Origin: Chlamydiota bacterium
GTDB lineage: Bacteria; Chlamydiota; Chlamydiia; Chlamydiales; RGXB01
Length of the DNA stretch: 64,000 nucleotides
Direction of reading: 5' to 3'
NCBI GenBank assembly: GCA_947494155.1
Contig: CANLTW010000003.1
Coordinates: 61,016 to 125,015, forward strand
Part shown: piece after piece, positions 10,025 through 20,152 of the stretch
Layout of the letters: each line of letters starts with the position of its first letter
Position numbering within the stretch: the stretch's first letter is position 1
The notes under the pieces: generated by a model
Seen by the model: the letters and a program-made list of their open reading frames with translations, nothing else
What the model was told of the DNA's origin: nothing
The model's database searches: none
Made by a program: the position numbers and the translations under genes

Positions 10025-11015
10025 TCTCTTCTTGAACAATATCTGGGAGCTCTTCCACAACATCCACAATGATCTCAAGATCCTCGACAGGATACTTTTC
10101 TCTAAGATCGGAATACTTCTCACGGAGGTACTGTACTGTATTTACTGCCTTATGAGCAACTACAGACTTAGGGTAAGATTGTATCACTTGCGTGTAGTAA
10201 AGAAGCGCTGCGTCGTGACGCTTGGTACGTTTGTAATAAGCTGCTATCTCATACATCCCATTCGCCAGGATCTCTTCGATATTTTTAATTTGCCCTTCGG
10301 CAATTCTTAGTCTCGGGTCAGAGGGAAAATTGTCTTTAAAACGCTGGTAGTTTAATCGCTCGAGAGCCAAAAAGCTGTCGTCATTTTGCTGGACTTTTGT
10401 GTTGAAAACGTAGATGTCCCCAATTTTGATGTGGGCATGGGGCGCTAAGGCATGTTGACCAAATTTTTTCAAAAAAATCTGAAAGGTATCTAATGCCCCT
10501 TTATAGTCCTCTAAATGCAACAGCAAGGCGGCCTTTGCATAAAGAGCTTCAGCTGCTATATCCGATCTTGGCACCGCAGCCTGAATCTCGTCGTAAATAT
10601 CAAGCGCATCCTCTTGGGCTGGCATCCACTTAGGTAGCACCTTTAGACCGGCTATGTGTTTTTTAAAACCCTTTGCAAAATGGTGCGCTACCTCTAACTT
10701 GATTTTATAGGCCTCCTCATAAAACCTGAGCGTTGCATCTTTTTTCAAATACAGCTCTACGGCTTCAAATGCGGCTTCATATTCCCCCTCTTTCAAATAC
10801 AAGGAGGCGAGCTGAAAATAGACCTCAGGAGACATTGGGTGATCCTGGTACAGATCAACAATCACCTCAGCACTTTTTTTAGCAGACTTGAGATCCTGCG
10901 TATCTAACGCATTCTGTAGCTGGGTATAAAGCTGGTCAAAAGGGAGTTTAGCTGCTTTCCCCTCAATACTAAAAAATGTAAATACAATACTTGAAAATAG
11001 AGCTAGTGCTTTCAT
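10005..11015 (-). CDS. bamD: Outer membrane assembly factor BamD/ComL-like TPR protein
   Basis: Signal peptide, TPR helices, F...FP.....A and IA.YY.R....AA..YY..V...YP.S patterns. Confidence 0.8.
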   Translation of the reverse strand: MKALALFSSIVFTFFSIEGKAAKLPFDQLYTQLQNALDTQDLKSAKKSAEVIVDLYQDHPMSPEVYFQLASLYLKEGEYEAAFEAVELYLKKDATLRFYEEAYKIKLEVAHHFAKGFKKHIAGLKVLPKWMPAQEDALDIYDEIQAAVPRSDIAAEALYAKAALLLHLEDYKGALDTFQIFLKKFGQHALAPHAHIKIGDIYVFNTKVQQNDDSFLALERLNYQRFKDNFPSDPRLRIAEGQIKNIEEILANGMYEIAAYYKRTKRHDAALLYYTQVIQSYPKSVVAHKAVNTVQYLREKYSDLREKYPVEDLEIIVDVVEELPDIVQEESDQKVH

Positions 11016-11023
11016 AAATCAAG

Positions 11024-11052
11024 AGTATAGCACTTAAAACGTAACCCCGCAA
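11024..11052 (-). promoter_or_regulatory. Sigma66-type promoter for bamD-lptE-rsbW
   Basis: TTGCGG-N17-TATACT with extended TG, 8 nt before the ATG. Confidence 0.55.
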
Positions 11053-11134
11053 CCCCAATCGGCGTGATCAATCAACATTTTTAATGTGCATAATTTTTTA
11101 TTTAACACCTAACAATAAGTGCGTTAAAGGCCTG

Positions 11135-14100
11135 CTAGAGAGGTGCCTCCTCATTGGACACACTCTCCACATACTGCATCTGTTTAAGCGTCATGAGTAG
11201 CTCCTCAGTAATTTTCACCCCAAAGCTCTCATCAATCCTTAAAGAAGTAGGGCCTATTTGGATATGTACGGGTGATTTTCCGGGATGTGCGTGAAACAAT
11301 TTTTTTAAATTTACAACGGCTTGGTGCCCCATCTCTGCTTCATTCAAGTAAAGCTTCAACGTGGCCTCTTTTTTTTCCTCTTTGGCTTTCATAGCACTCC
11401 CCCTATTCTCTTGCTGCGCCTTTTTTTGCAAAAAACTTTTTTGAGATGAACGTAGTTTATCACGATACTCTAAAATATCTTTTTGGTTCATCCCATCAAA
11501 TGAAAAAAGATCTTTTAGCATCAGCTTCTGTTCGCCACCTCGTCTATCCAATTCAATTAAGCCGATAAGCAGCGCATTTTCTTTGAAATGGGAACTTTTA
11601 GCATCCATGAGATCGCTCCAAGCCAACAGCTCGACCATTCCGCTCTGATCCGAAGCTTTTAAGAGAGCGAATTTTTTTTGCGTTTTTTGCGAAAGCCTAA
11701 ACTCGAGGTCTTCAATCACAAAGGGGACTACTAAAACATCGCTTTGCTCAAGGTGCATTAATGTGTCTATCGAGACCGCATCAAGCCCCTCAATCTCTTT
11801 TTGATAGAGTTGCAAAGGGTGCCCTGTCAAATAAAATCCAAGTAGCTCACGCTCTTTGAACAGCCTCTCTAAAGGGGGATCTTCATGAAAAACTTTTTGC
11901 TCTTCTTTAGGATCTTCTTCACCAAAAAACGAGATATAGCCTTTGGTTTTTTCTTTTTGGGTCCGTACGCTCGCATCAAACAGCTCTCCCGTTTGCCCTA
12001 AAAGGGCACGTCTTGAGGGTGAAAAATCATCGAAACACCCTGCTTCAATCAGCGTCTCTATCGTTTTTTTTCCGATCTTCTTCAGATCTATTTTTTGGAC
12101 AAAATCGGCCAGACTTTTAAAATTTCCCTCATCGCGACGCGTTTCTATGATCGTTTGTACTACCCCTTCGCCAATCCCTTTAATTCCCCCTAAAGCAAAC
12201 CGGATCCCCTCATTAGTAGGAGTAAAATACTTTTGTGATTCATTGATCGAAGGGGGCAGTACAGCTATGGCCATTGTTTTACACTCAGCACTGTGTTTTG
12301 CAACCTTTGAGATATCAGCCATATCGCACGTCATCAATGCCGCCATCCAATGTGCCGGGTAATTTGCTTTCAGATAGGCCGTTACGTAACTCAAAAAACC
12401 ATACGCTGCCGCATGAGATTTATTGAAGCCATAGCTGGCAAATTTTTCTACTTTATCGAAAATTGCCATCGATTGTTGTGCTAAAATAGCGTTTTTTTCA
12501 GAACCGGAGCGAAATTTGTCTCGTTGGCGCGCCATCTCTTCGGCATCTTTTTTCCCCATAGCTCGCCGCAAAACATCCCCCTCCCCAAGTGAATACCCTG
12601 CAAGTTTTGAGGCTATCTGCATGACTTGCTCTTGATACACCATAATCCCATAGGTTTCTTGAAGGATGTCCTCCATCCAGGGGTGATCAAATTCAATTTT
12701 TTCACGACCATGTTTTCTTTGAATAAATGTCGGGATCATCTCCATCGGCCCAGGGCGATATAAAGCGCCTACAGCGATAATCTCTTCAAATTTATCGATG
12801 TGCAACTGCCTAGAAAGATCTTGCATCCCTTGCGATTCCAGCTGGAAAATCCCCGATGTTTTTCCATGGTTGAGCAGATCAAAAGTCGCCTTATCATCGA
12901 GCGGTAGATTCACCCAATCAATTTCCACATTATGCGTTTCTTTTACCGAGTCGCATGCTTTTTGAATCGAGGTTAGTGTTTTAAGCCCTAAGAAATCGAT
13001 TTTGAGCATTCCTACCGCTTCAACAGGCTTCATCGCATACTGCGTAACAAGCATCTCCGCATCCTTAGCGGTACATACAGGGATTGTTTCGATAAGCGGT
13101 TTTGCCGAGATAATTAACCCGGCAGCATGGATCCCTGTATTGCGAATAGACCCCTCCAAAGCCTTAGCCATTTCAAGAACTTTAGCCACCTCAGGATCTT
13201 TATCTCTGAGGTCGCGCAAATCGGGCTCGACATCTAACGCTTTTTGCAAGGTAATCTGTAGATCATCCGGAATCAGTTTTGCTATCAAATTCACTTTTGC
13301 TAAAGGGACGCTCAACACTCTGCCAACATCTTTTACAGCCATCTTCGCTTTCATGGTGCCAAACGTGATAATCTGGGCTACGCGATCCTTTCCGTATTTA
13401 CGAATCGTGTAGTCTATCACCTCTTGTCGCCTATCCATACAGATATCGACATCGATATCAGGGTAGGAGATCCTTTCAGGGTTGATAAACCGCTCAAAAA
13501 ACAGATGAAACCGTAAAGGTTCGATGTCTGTAATCCCAACAAGATACAAAATAATTGAACCGGCTCCCGATCCCCTTCCGGGGCCCATTGGTATTCCTTG
13601 CGTTTTTGCCCAGTGAATAAAGTCATATACGATTAAAAGGTAGTCGCACATACCCTTGGTTGTGATAATCGACAACTCATATTCGAGTCGCTTTTTGATC
13701 ACCTCGATAGGGTCTTCGTTTGGATAAACGTTTTGCACTGCGGCCAATCTTTCTTGAGTATACCTATCTTCTACCCCTTTGGCACAAAGCTGGCGCAAAA
13801 AATTCTCTGCTGCTGCTGCTCTTTGTGCATCGGTAAACTCTTTCCCCTCCAGCTCAGGCGGTATGAAAACAGGGTAATAGCGAGTGTCAAAATCCATCGC
13901 CATATCTACCGAATCGGCTAACCGGCGCGTGGCTTGTATCGCCATCGGGAGATCCTCGAAAAGCGACTCCATTTCTAAAGGTGTCTTAAAATAATACTGG
14001 TCTGAGGGTAAAACACGTCTTTTGGGATTGGGGTAACGGCGTCTGATCACCCCCGAAGAGTCCTTCTCAACAATTTCAATCGTGTCGGCAGATTGGATAT

Positions 14101-14830
14101 TCATCAAGATTTCATGCGCTTTATAATCTTTTTTTTGCATGAACTGCACATTATTTGTGGCTACAAGCGCTATTTGAGTCTTTTCATGCACTTGTTTATA
14201 TTTTCGCACGAGTAGCTCTTGCTTTTCTGCCATTTCGTTATGAAGCTGTAAAAGCCACTGCTCTTTATCAAATCCGAGAGCCACCAGATCCTTGGTATCC
14301 ATTCTGTGTCTTTCGACCTGAAGGTAAAGATCGTCCTGAAAAAGATTTTTCCAAAAGGAGAGCTCCTCGTAGAAAGGGGTGTCATCCTCTTTGAGAGCCA
14401 ACTCTGCTAGATAACTTGCGTAAGATCCGATCAAGCAGATGAGCCCCTCATGATGTTTTTCTATCAATTCTTTATCTATACGGGGTGTGTAGTAGAATCC
14501 CTCAATAAAACCTAAGGAGCTTAAAGCGCAAAGATTTTGGTAACCCACTCTATTTTTTGCAATCAATGTCAACGGAGTCGCAAAAATATCAGAACCCCGT
14601 CGCTTGTCCAGTCGCGAAGTAGAGGCAAGCATCACCTCCATTCCAATCAGAGGTTTTATCCCCTTTTTCTTGCACTCTTTGTAAAAATCGACAGCCCCAA
14701 AGAGATTACAGGTGTCGGTAAGGGTAAGAGCCTCCATTTTATTTTCTGAGGCAAATTGAACAAGCTCCTCAATCGAAGCTTGCGAGGAGAGAATAGAGTA
14801 CCCGGAATGGTTGGTTAATGAAATCCACAT
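11135..14830 (-). CDS. dnaE: DNA polymerase III alpha subunit
   Basis: PHP domain, GPGRGSGAGS, PDIDVD, FASYGFNKSHAAAY motifs. Confidence 0.98.
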   Translation of the reverse strand: MWISLTNHSGYSILSSQASIEELVQFASENKMEALTLTDTCNLFGAVDFYKECKKKGIKPLIGMEVMLASTSRLDKRRGSDIFATPLTLIAKNRVGYQNLCALSSLGFIEGFYYTPRIDKELIEKHHEGLICLIGSYASYLAELALKEDDTPFYEELSFWKNLFQDDLYLQVERHRMDTKDLVALGFDKEQWLLQLHNEMAEKQELLVRKYKQVHEKTQIALVATNNVQFMQKKDYKAHEILMNIQSADTIEIVEKDSSGVIRRRYPNPKRRVLPSDQYYFKTPLEMESLFEDLPMAIQATRRLADSVDMAMDFDTRYYPVFIPPELEGKEFTDAQRAAAAENFLRQLCAKGVEDRYTQERLAAVQNVYPNEDPIEVIKKRLEYELSIITTKGMCDYLLIVYDFIHWAKTQGIPMGPGRGSGAGSIILYLVGITDIEPLRFHLFFERFINPERISYPDIDVDICMDRRQEVIDYTIRKYGKDRVAQIITFGTMKAKMAVKDVGRVLSVPLAKVNLIAKLIPDDLQITLQKALDVEPDLRDLRDKDPEVAKVLEMAKALEGSIRNTGIHAAGLIISAKPLIETIPVCTAKDAEMLVTQYAMKPVEAVGMLKIDFLGLKTLTSIQKACDSVKETHNVEIDWVNLPLDDKATFDLLNHGKTSGIFQLESQGMQDLSRQLHIDKFEEIIAVGALYRPGPMEMIPTFIQRKHGREKIEFDHPWMEDILQETYGIMVYQEQVMQIASKLAGYSLGEGDVLRRAMGKKDAEEMARQRDKFRSGSEKNAILAQQSMAIFDKVEKFASYGFNKSHAAAYGFLSYVTAYLKANYPAHWMAALMTCDMADISKVAKHSAECKTMAIAVLPPSINESQKYFTPTNEGIRFALGGIKGIGEGVVQTIIETRRDEGNFKSLADFVQKIDLKKIGKKTIETLIEAGCFDDFSPSRRALLGQTGELFDASVRTQKEKTKGYISFFGEEDPKEEQKVFHEDPPLERLFKERELLGFYLTGHPLQLYQKEIEGLDAVSIDTLMHLEQSDVLVVPFVIEDLEFRLSQKTQKKFALLKASDQSGMVELLAWSDLMDAKSSHFKENALLIGLIELDRRGGEQKLMLKDLFSFDGMNQKDILEYRDKLRSSQKSFLQKKAQQENRGSAMKAKEEKKEATLKLYLNEAEMGHQAVVNLKKLFHAHPGKSPVHIQIGPTSLRIDESFGVKITEELLMTLKQMQYVESVSNEEAPL

Positions 14831-14926
14831 ATCGCTATTCTAACATGATTAGAAGATTATCGCTTAAAAAAAACTCACTTTAGCGACGCTCTTTTTAGAA
14901 AGTGAATACATCACTAGTTTAGGAAT

Positions 14927-16339
14927 TCAACCCCTTTCTTCCTCAGCCACCGCCACTGGCTCGACTATTGATGCGAGCTTAGGATTGGCCTTAATATTCC
15001 AAAAAGGGAGTAAAAAAGCAAAAGAGAACAGGCTGAAAAGGGCAAGTGCTGGGAAAAAAATCTCCCAACCATAGATCTCGGTTAGTCTACCACTCACAAG
15101 AGACGCAGTAGCGGCACCTAAGTAGGCAAAGGTTCCGGCAAAACCGGTAGAGGTCCCTGAGGCTTTTTTATGCGAGAGCTCTGCACAGGCTACACCTATC
15201 AACATCTGCGGCCCAAAAATAAAAAACCCGGATAGAAACATAAAAATTGTATAGAAAAAATAGAGATCTGCGGGGAAGAAGATCATAAAGACACAAGCTA
15301 CCGCCGCCCCTAAAGAAAAGAGGGCGTTAGCAGGTATCCTCAGCCCCTTGAAGACGGTATCTGATATCCAGCCAGCTGCAAGGCTACCAAAAAAACCCCC
15401 CATCTCAAACGCAAAGATAAAGGAGCTGGCCATGATCTGCGGAACACCTTTATACTCTACAAAGTATAGTAGGCCCCAGTCATTAATAGCAGTGCGCACC
15501 ATGTAAATAAAAAAGTAGGTGATCGAAAGAACCCATATGTAAGGATTTTTTATGACGTATTCCAGCAAAAGTTCGTAAGAAGAGCTCTCTTTTTCCTGAT
15601 TTTGCTCCAGTTGGGGGCTCACAACGTGGTCATTTCTAAAATCTTCGACAGGGGGCAAACCCAGTGACTGGGGAGTATCCCTGAGCCGATTCATCAGAAA
15701 AAAACCCATCCCAATACACAAAAATCCGGGTATATACATCGCCATGCGCCACCCAAAAAACTGCGCGGTCGCCGCGACAACCAAAGGGATTAAAGCCCCT
15801 CCAAGGTTGTGGGAGGTATTCCACACACCCCACCAACGCCCCCTTTCCGATTGGGAATACCAGTGCGTTAAAAGCCGAGCTATCGGAGGCCATCCCCACC
15901 CCTGAAACCAGCCATTTAAACCCCAAAAAAGGGCGAAAAAAAGAATACTTGAGGAGAGGCCAAACAGGATGTTAAAAACACCCGTGAGAATAAGGCCTAT
16001 CGACATAAAATAGCGGGGGTTGGAACGATCTCCCATAATCCCGCTCAAAAACTTGCTTGCTCCGTAGGTTACGTAGAGGACCGATCCAAGAAAGCCTAAC
16101 TCTGTTTTAGAGATCCCAAGATCCTCAATCATGGCTGGCATCGCGAAATTGAAGCTCTTTCGGGTTAAATAAAAAAAGGCGTAACCCAAGTATATTGAGC
16201 TAAAGATTCTCATTCGCCAATATTGGTAAAGGCGTGACTGAGCTCCCTGAGCACCTCTCTCGGTGAGGAACTGGAAATAGCTAAGCCACTGGAAATTTTT
16301 CAAACGATAACCGCCGTATTTTCTGATTAAGTATATCAA
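14927..16339 (-). CDS. uhpC: Hexose-phosphate MFS transporter UhpC/GlpT family
   Basis: YLTRKSF, WFQGWGWPP, ERG.WWGVWNTSHNLGG, GPQMLIG motifs; start may be TTG 16303. Confidence 0.92.
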   Translation of the reverse strand: MIYLIRKYGGYRLKNFQWLSYFQFLTERGAQGAQSRLYQYWRMRIFSSIYLGYAFFYLTRKSFNFAMPAMIEDLGISKTELGFLGSVLYVTYGASKFLSGIMGDRSNPRYFMSIGLILTGVFNILFGLSSSILFFALFWGLNGWFQGWGWPPIARLLTHWYSQSERGRWWGVWNTSHNLGGALIPLVVAATAQFFGWRMAMYIPGFLCIGMGFFLMNRLRDTPQSLGLPPVEDFRNDHVVSPQLEQNQEKESSSYELLLEYVIKNPYIWVLSITYFFIYMVRTAINDWGLLYFVEYKGVPQIMASSFIFAFEMGGFFGSLAAGWISDTVFKGLRIPANALFSLGAAVACVFMIFFPADLYFFYTIFMFLSGFFIFGPQMLIGVACAELSHKKASGTSTGFAGTFAYLGAATASLVSGRLTEIYGWEIFFPALALFSLFSFAFLLPFWNIKANPKLASIVEPVAVAEEERG

Positions 16340-16463
16340 ATTGATTTCTTACGAAAAAGTTTTTTTCCTTAAAAGGGAAATTTTTGACCGGTTACATCCT
16401 ACTCAATTGGAGTGGCTTAAAAAAAATTTTTCGTTCTATTTTTAAAAAGTGTATAGAAAGGCT

Positions 16464-17018
16464 ATGAACTCTTATGGACAATCGATTCGCGGATATCACC
16501 ACCTCCACGGGGAAATACGTGTTGAGCCGGTAAACCGGGAGAAAACGCAAAAAGACGAAGAACTTCAGCTGCCGGCCGGAGGCTTTGCCCTTTTAGTCCT
16601 CACCTATCTATCCTCCTCCACCCTTTTAGAATCGATCCGATCAACGGAATCGCTAAGAACTCCCCAAAAAGTGATTGATGCATTAAAGCAATTTATTGCG
16701 ATTTTTTCCGAGCTCCAAGATCAGGATTTAAGCGCCGATTGGAGATACTGTGAAAAGTTGTCAAAATCCTGGAGCGACGTAGTAAAATCTGTGGAGAATG
16801 CAACTTTCCCAAGCTCCTCGCTAAATGCCTTGATTACCGAGATCAACGAACACCCCGAAAAAGGGGATCACACCCTTGGTTATTACCTCTCCCAGCATGC
16901 AGGAGAGCAATGGATCCCTTTCCCCTTCATGGAAATTTTAAGAAAGCTCCATGAAGACAAAAAAAAGATCCCCCATTTTTTAAAATTAGCCGAATTAGCC
17001 CTTAGATCCCTTCTTTAA
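16464..17018 (+). CDS. Hypothetical helical protein
   Basis: ORF of about 185 aa between uhpC and aspS; no recognisable family motif. Confidence 0.7.
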   Translation: MNSYGQSIRGYHHLHGEIRVEPVNREKTQKDEELQLPAGGFALLVLTYLSSSTLLESIRSTESLRTPQKVIDALKQFIAIFSELQDQDLSADWRYCEKLSKSWSDVVKSVENATFPSSSLNALITEINEHPEKGDHTLGYYLSQHAGEQWIPFPFMEILRKLHEDKKKIPHFLKLAELALRSLL

Positions 17019-17183
17019 TTTCTTATTGAACCCCGCTATTATCGATCGTGTAACAAATCATCCGCCACCCCTTTACGCATAAAAAAAAACAGGGTAATAT
17101 GGATCCTCAAGATTTATTTAGCTGTTCAAAATTGTTCTATTTTGGATGACACTAAGAAAAAATTAAGGAGCCAGTGTTTAAAG

Positions 17184-18956
17184 ATGTACCGCACACATAA
17201 ACTCGGAGAATTAACCTCTCAGGATCTTAAAAAAAAGGTAACTCTTTCGGGGTGGGTGCATAAACGCCGAGATCATGGCGGCCTTATTTTTATCGACTTA
17301 AGAGATAAAACCGGTCTCACTCAAGTTGTCTTTGATCCAGAAATCTCCCAGAATGCCCACCTTTTGGCAGAACAGGTCAGAAACGAATGGGTTTTAAAAA
17401 TCGAAGGGGTTTGTAGAGCGCGAGCAAAGGGGATGGAAAATCCCGATCTCAAAACCGGCGCGATCGAAATCGAGGGGCACCATCTAACGATTCTATCCAA
17501 AGCTAAAAATCCCCCGTTTCCGATCAACGAAGACGAAATTCGGGTGAATGAAGAGATGAGATTGGAGTATCGCTACCTTGATATCCGCCGCGGCTCCATT
17601 TTAGAAAACCTACACACCCGTCATAGGGCGATCAAAATTTTAAGAGACCTTCTTGATAAACAGGGTTTTTGTGAAGTCGAGACACCGATTCTTGGAAAAT
17701 CTACACCTGAAGGGGCAAGAGACTACCTGGTTCCCTCAAGAGTCCACCCAAAACATTTTTACGCCCTTCCCCAATCTCCGCAGCAGTATAAACAGCTTCT
17801 TATGATTGCAGGTTTGGATCGCTATTTCCAAATCGCCCGCTGCTTTAGAGATGAAGACCTCCGAGCCGATAGACAACCCGAATTTACCCAGCTGGATATC
17901 GAAATGAGTTTTGTAGAGCAAGAGGACATCCTAAATTTGGTCGAAAAAATTATTCAACAGGTATTTTCTGAAATTCTCGAAAAAGATTTTTCTACCCCTT
18001 TTGAACGGATGAGCTACCATCATGCGATGGAGTACTACGGATGTGATCGCCCCGATATCCGATTCGACCTTAAATTGCACAGAGTCCACCACGCCCTGGA
18101 AAATTCCCAGTTTAATATTTTCGTACATGCAATGGAGCGAAATGAGATCATTAAGGCGATTGTCGTACCTCAAGGGGAAAAAATATCTCGCAAGGATCTA
18201 GACGATTACACACAGTTTGTCCAAAAATTTGGGCTTGGCGGTCTTCCAATGGCCCGATTTCAAGGGGGAAAACTGGAGACAGGAATAGCTAAATTTTTAA
18301 CAGAAGAAAATCAGCACAAACTCAAAATTCAACTTCACCTCGAAGAGGGAAACCTTGTTCTATTTGGAGTGGGCTCAGAAGATAGCGTCAACCAAGCGAT
18401 GGATCATCTGCGTCGAGACCTGGCTAAAAAACTACAGCTTGTCCAAAACGGGGACTATAAATTTCTCTGGGTTGTCGACTTCCCTCTTTTTGTGCCAGAC
18501 TCTGACGGATCCATTACCTCCGCACACCACCCGTTTACTGCACCCCATGACGAGGATGTCTCCCTGCTCGATAATGAACCGCTAAAAGTGCGGGCAAAAG
18601 CTTACGATATCGTCCTCAACGGATATGAACTGGGGGGAGGTTCCATCCGCATCCATGATAAAGACATGCAAAAACAAATTTTTACTCTCTTGAACTTAGA
18701 TGAAGAGGCGATTGAGAAGAAATTTGGCTTCTTTATTGACGCACTTAGCTACGGGACACCCCCGCACGGAGGATTAGCAATAGGGGTAGATCGTCTGGCT
18801 ATGCTCCTTTTGAAAACAGAGAACATCCGCGATGTAATCGCCTTTCCCAAAACACAAAAAGCCTCGGACCTTATGAATGGCTGCCCCTCACCGGTCTCCA
18901 CTAGCCAGCTGGAGGAGTTGCACATTTGTGTTGAGGATAAATCCTATAAAAAATAA
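17184..18956 (+). CDS. aspS: Aspartyl-tRNA synthetase
   Basis: MYRTH, RDHGGLIFIDLRD, LPQSPQ, FRDEDLRADRQPEF, PPHGG motifs. Confidence 0.98.
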   Translation: MYRTHKLGELTSQDLKKKVTLSGWVHKRRDHGGLIFIDLRDKTGLTQVVFDPEISQNAHLLAEQVRNEWVLKIEGVCRARAKGMENPDLKTGAIEIEGHHLTILSKAKNPPFPINEDEIRVNEEMRLEYRYLDIRRGSILENLHTRHRAIKILRDLLDKQGFCEVETPILGKSTPEGARDYLVPSRVHPKHFYALPQSPQQYKQLLMIAGLDRYFQIARCFRDEDLRADRQPEFTQLDIEMSFVEQEDILNLVEKIIQQVFSEILEKDFSTPFERMSYHHAMEYYGCDRPDIRFDLKLHRVHHALENSQFNIFVHAMERNEIIKAIVVPQGEKISRKDLDDYTQFVQKFGLGGLPMARFQGGKLETGIAKFLTEENQHKLKIQLHLEEGNLVLFGVGSEDSVNQAMDHLRRDLAKKLQLVQNGDYKFLWVVDFPLFVPDSDGSITSAHHPFTAPHDEDVSLLDNEPLKVRAKAYDIVLNGYELGGGSIRIHDKDMQKQIFTLLNLDEEAIEKKFGFFIDALSYGTPPHGGLAIGVDRLAMLLLKTENIRDVIAFPKTQKASDLMNGCPSPVSTSQLEELHICVEDKSYKK

Positions 18957-18984
18957 AGTACCTTACAGACGAATTGGAGAACAT

Positions 18985-19755
18985 ATGAAAAAGTGGTTGG
19001 CAACCCTAAGCATTGGCTGCGCCCTACAAATGCTCCCTTTGCATAGTAGCGAAAGCGCAAACTTGCAAAAAGAGGAAACTGTTGACGCTGCTAAAGAAAT
19101 CGATCATCTTCTTATTTCTGAAGCGCTTGGTCATCTTATTTCAAAAAATTTAGCAAATCTTGGCCCCGATTTCAATATTGATCGCGTTATCAAGGGGCTA
19201 AAGGATGCGATGTCCGGTAAACCTACCCCACTCAGTGAGGAGTCTACCGTTGAAGCGATTCATAAAATTCAGGAGAAGTCTTTCCAAAGAATTGCAAACG
19301 ACAACCTCAAAGAGGCTCAAGACTTTCTTGAACTCAATTCTAAAAAAGAGAACGTAGTGACGATTGAATCGGGAAAAATTCAGTACGTTACCCAACAAAA
19401 AGGGGAGGGCCCTGCAGTGGAGGCGGCCTCTAATCCTTTGATCAAATACCAGGGCAAATTCCTAAACGGACAAGTATTTGGTGAATCAGAGGCTGGAGAG
19501 ACTATTTCTTTAGCTGATACATTCCCCGGTTTTTCAAAAGCGCTTGTGGGAATGAAAGAGGGTGAAAAAAGGACCATCTTTATCCATCCCGACATGGGCT
19601 ACGGAACAAGCGGTATGCTCCCACCAAATTCCCTACTCACTTTTGAGGTAGAGGTAGTAAAATCCCATGTTCCCGAGGAAAAGAATGAGACCACTCAGGG
19701 TATTGCAGACACCGATTTGCTAGATTTAAAAGATGCTATGGAAGTAGCCAAGTAA
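18985..19755 (+). CDS. mip: FKBP-type peptidyl-prolyl isomerase Mip
   Basis: Signal peptide, N-terminal dimerisation helices, FKBP motifs (GMKEGEKRTIFIHPDMGYG, PPNSLLTFEVE); GGAG RBS. Confidence 0.93.
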   Translation: MKKWLATLSIGCALQMLPLHSSESANLQKEETVDAAKEIDHLLISEALGHLISKNLANLGPDFNIDRVIKGLKDAMSGKPTPLSEESTVEAIHKIQEKSFQRIANDNLKEAQDFLELNSKKENVVTIESGKIQYVTQQKGEGPAVEAASNPLIKYQGKFLNGQVFGESEAGETISLADTFPGFSKALVGMKEGEKRTIFIHPDMGYGTSGMLPPNSLLTFEVEVVKSHVPEEKNETTQGIADTDLLDLKDAMEVAK

Positions 19756-19776
19756 GCTTTTTTCTTACCCTATAAA

Positions 19777-19816
19777 AGAAAAACCCTCCTCCTTAATCGG
19801 GAAGAGGGTTTTTTCT
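19777..19816. terminator. Bidirectional intrinsic terminator between convergent mip and trxA
   Basis: AGAAAAACCCTC...GAGGGTTTTTTCT inverted repeat with A and T tails. Confidence 0.8.
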
Positions 19817-19843
19817 ATTTGATGAACATTCGATTATAAGATT

Positions 19844-20152
19844 TTACTTGAGTTTATCGAGGATTGTCGATTTGGTATGAACGCCCACAAGAGTTTCTGC
19901 TACCTCACCATTTTTAAAAAATACGAGAGTAGGGATACTCCGAATTCCAAACCGTGCAGCTAAGTCTTGCCCGTGATCTACATTAACCTTGAAAATTTGC
20001 CCTGGGCGCTCAGCAAGAAGTTCCTCAATAATTGGAGCTTGTTGCCTGCAAGGTCCACACCATGGTGCCCAAAAATCCACAAGGACGGTCCCTTTGGCTT
20101 TAAGCACCTTCTCGTCAAAATTTTCTTGAGTTATATCATATTCTGCACTCAT
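19844..20152 (-). CDS. trxA: Thioredoxin
   Basis: WCGPC active site. Confidence 0.97.
   Translation of the reverse strand: MSAEYDITQENFDEKVLKAKGTVLVDFWAPWCGPCRQQAPIIEELLAERPGQIFKVNVDHGQDLAARFGIRSIPTLVFFKNGEVAETLVGVHTKSTILDKLK

Noticed and set aside
11080..11130. dif-like site (...GGTGTTAAAT on the - strand)
   Set aside because: Only a partial XerD-arm match and a poor XerC arm; more simply a hairpin downstream of dnaE
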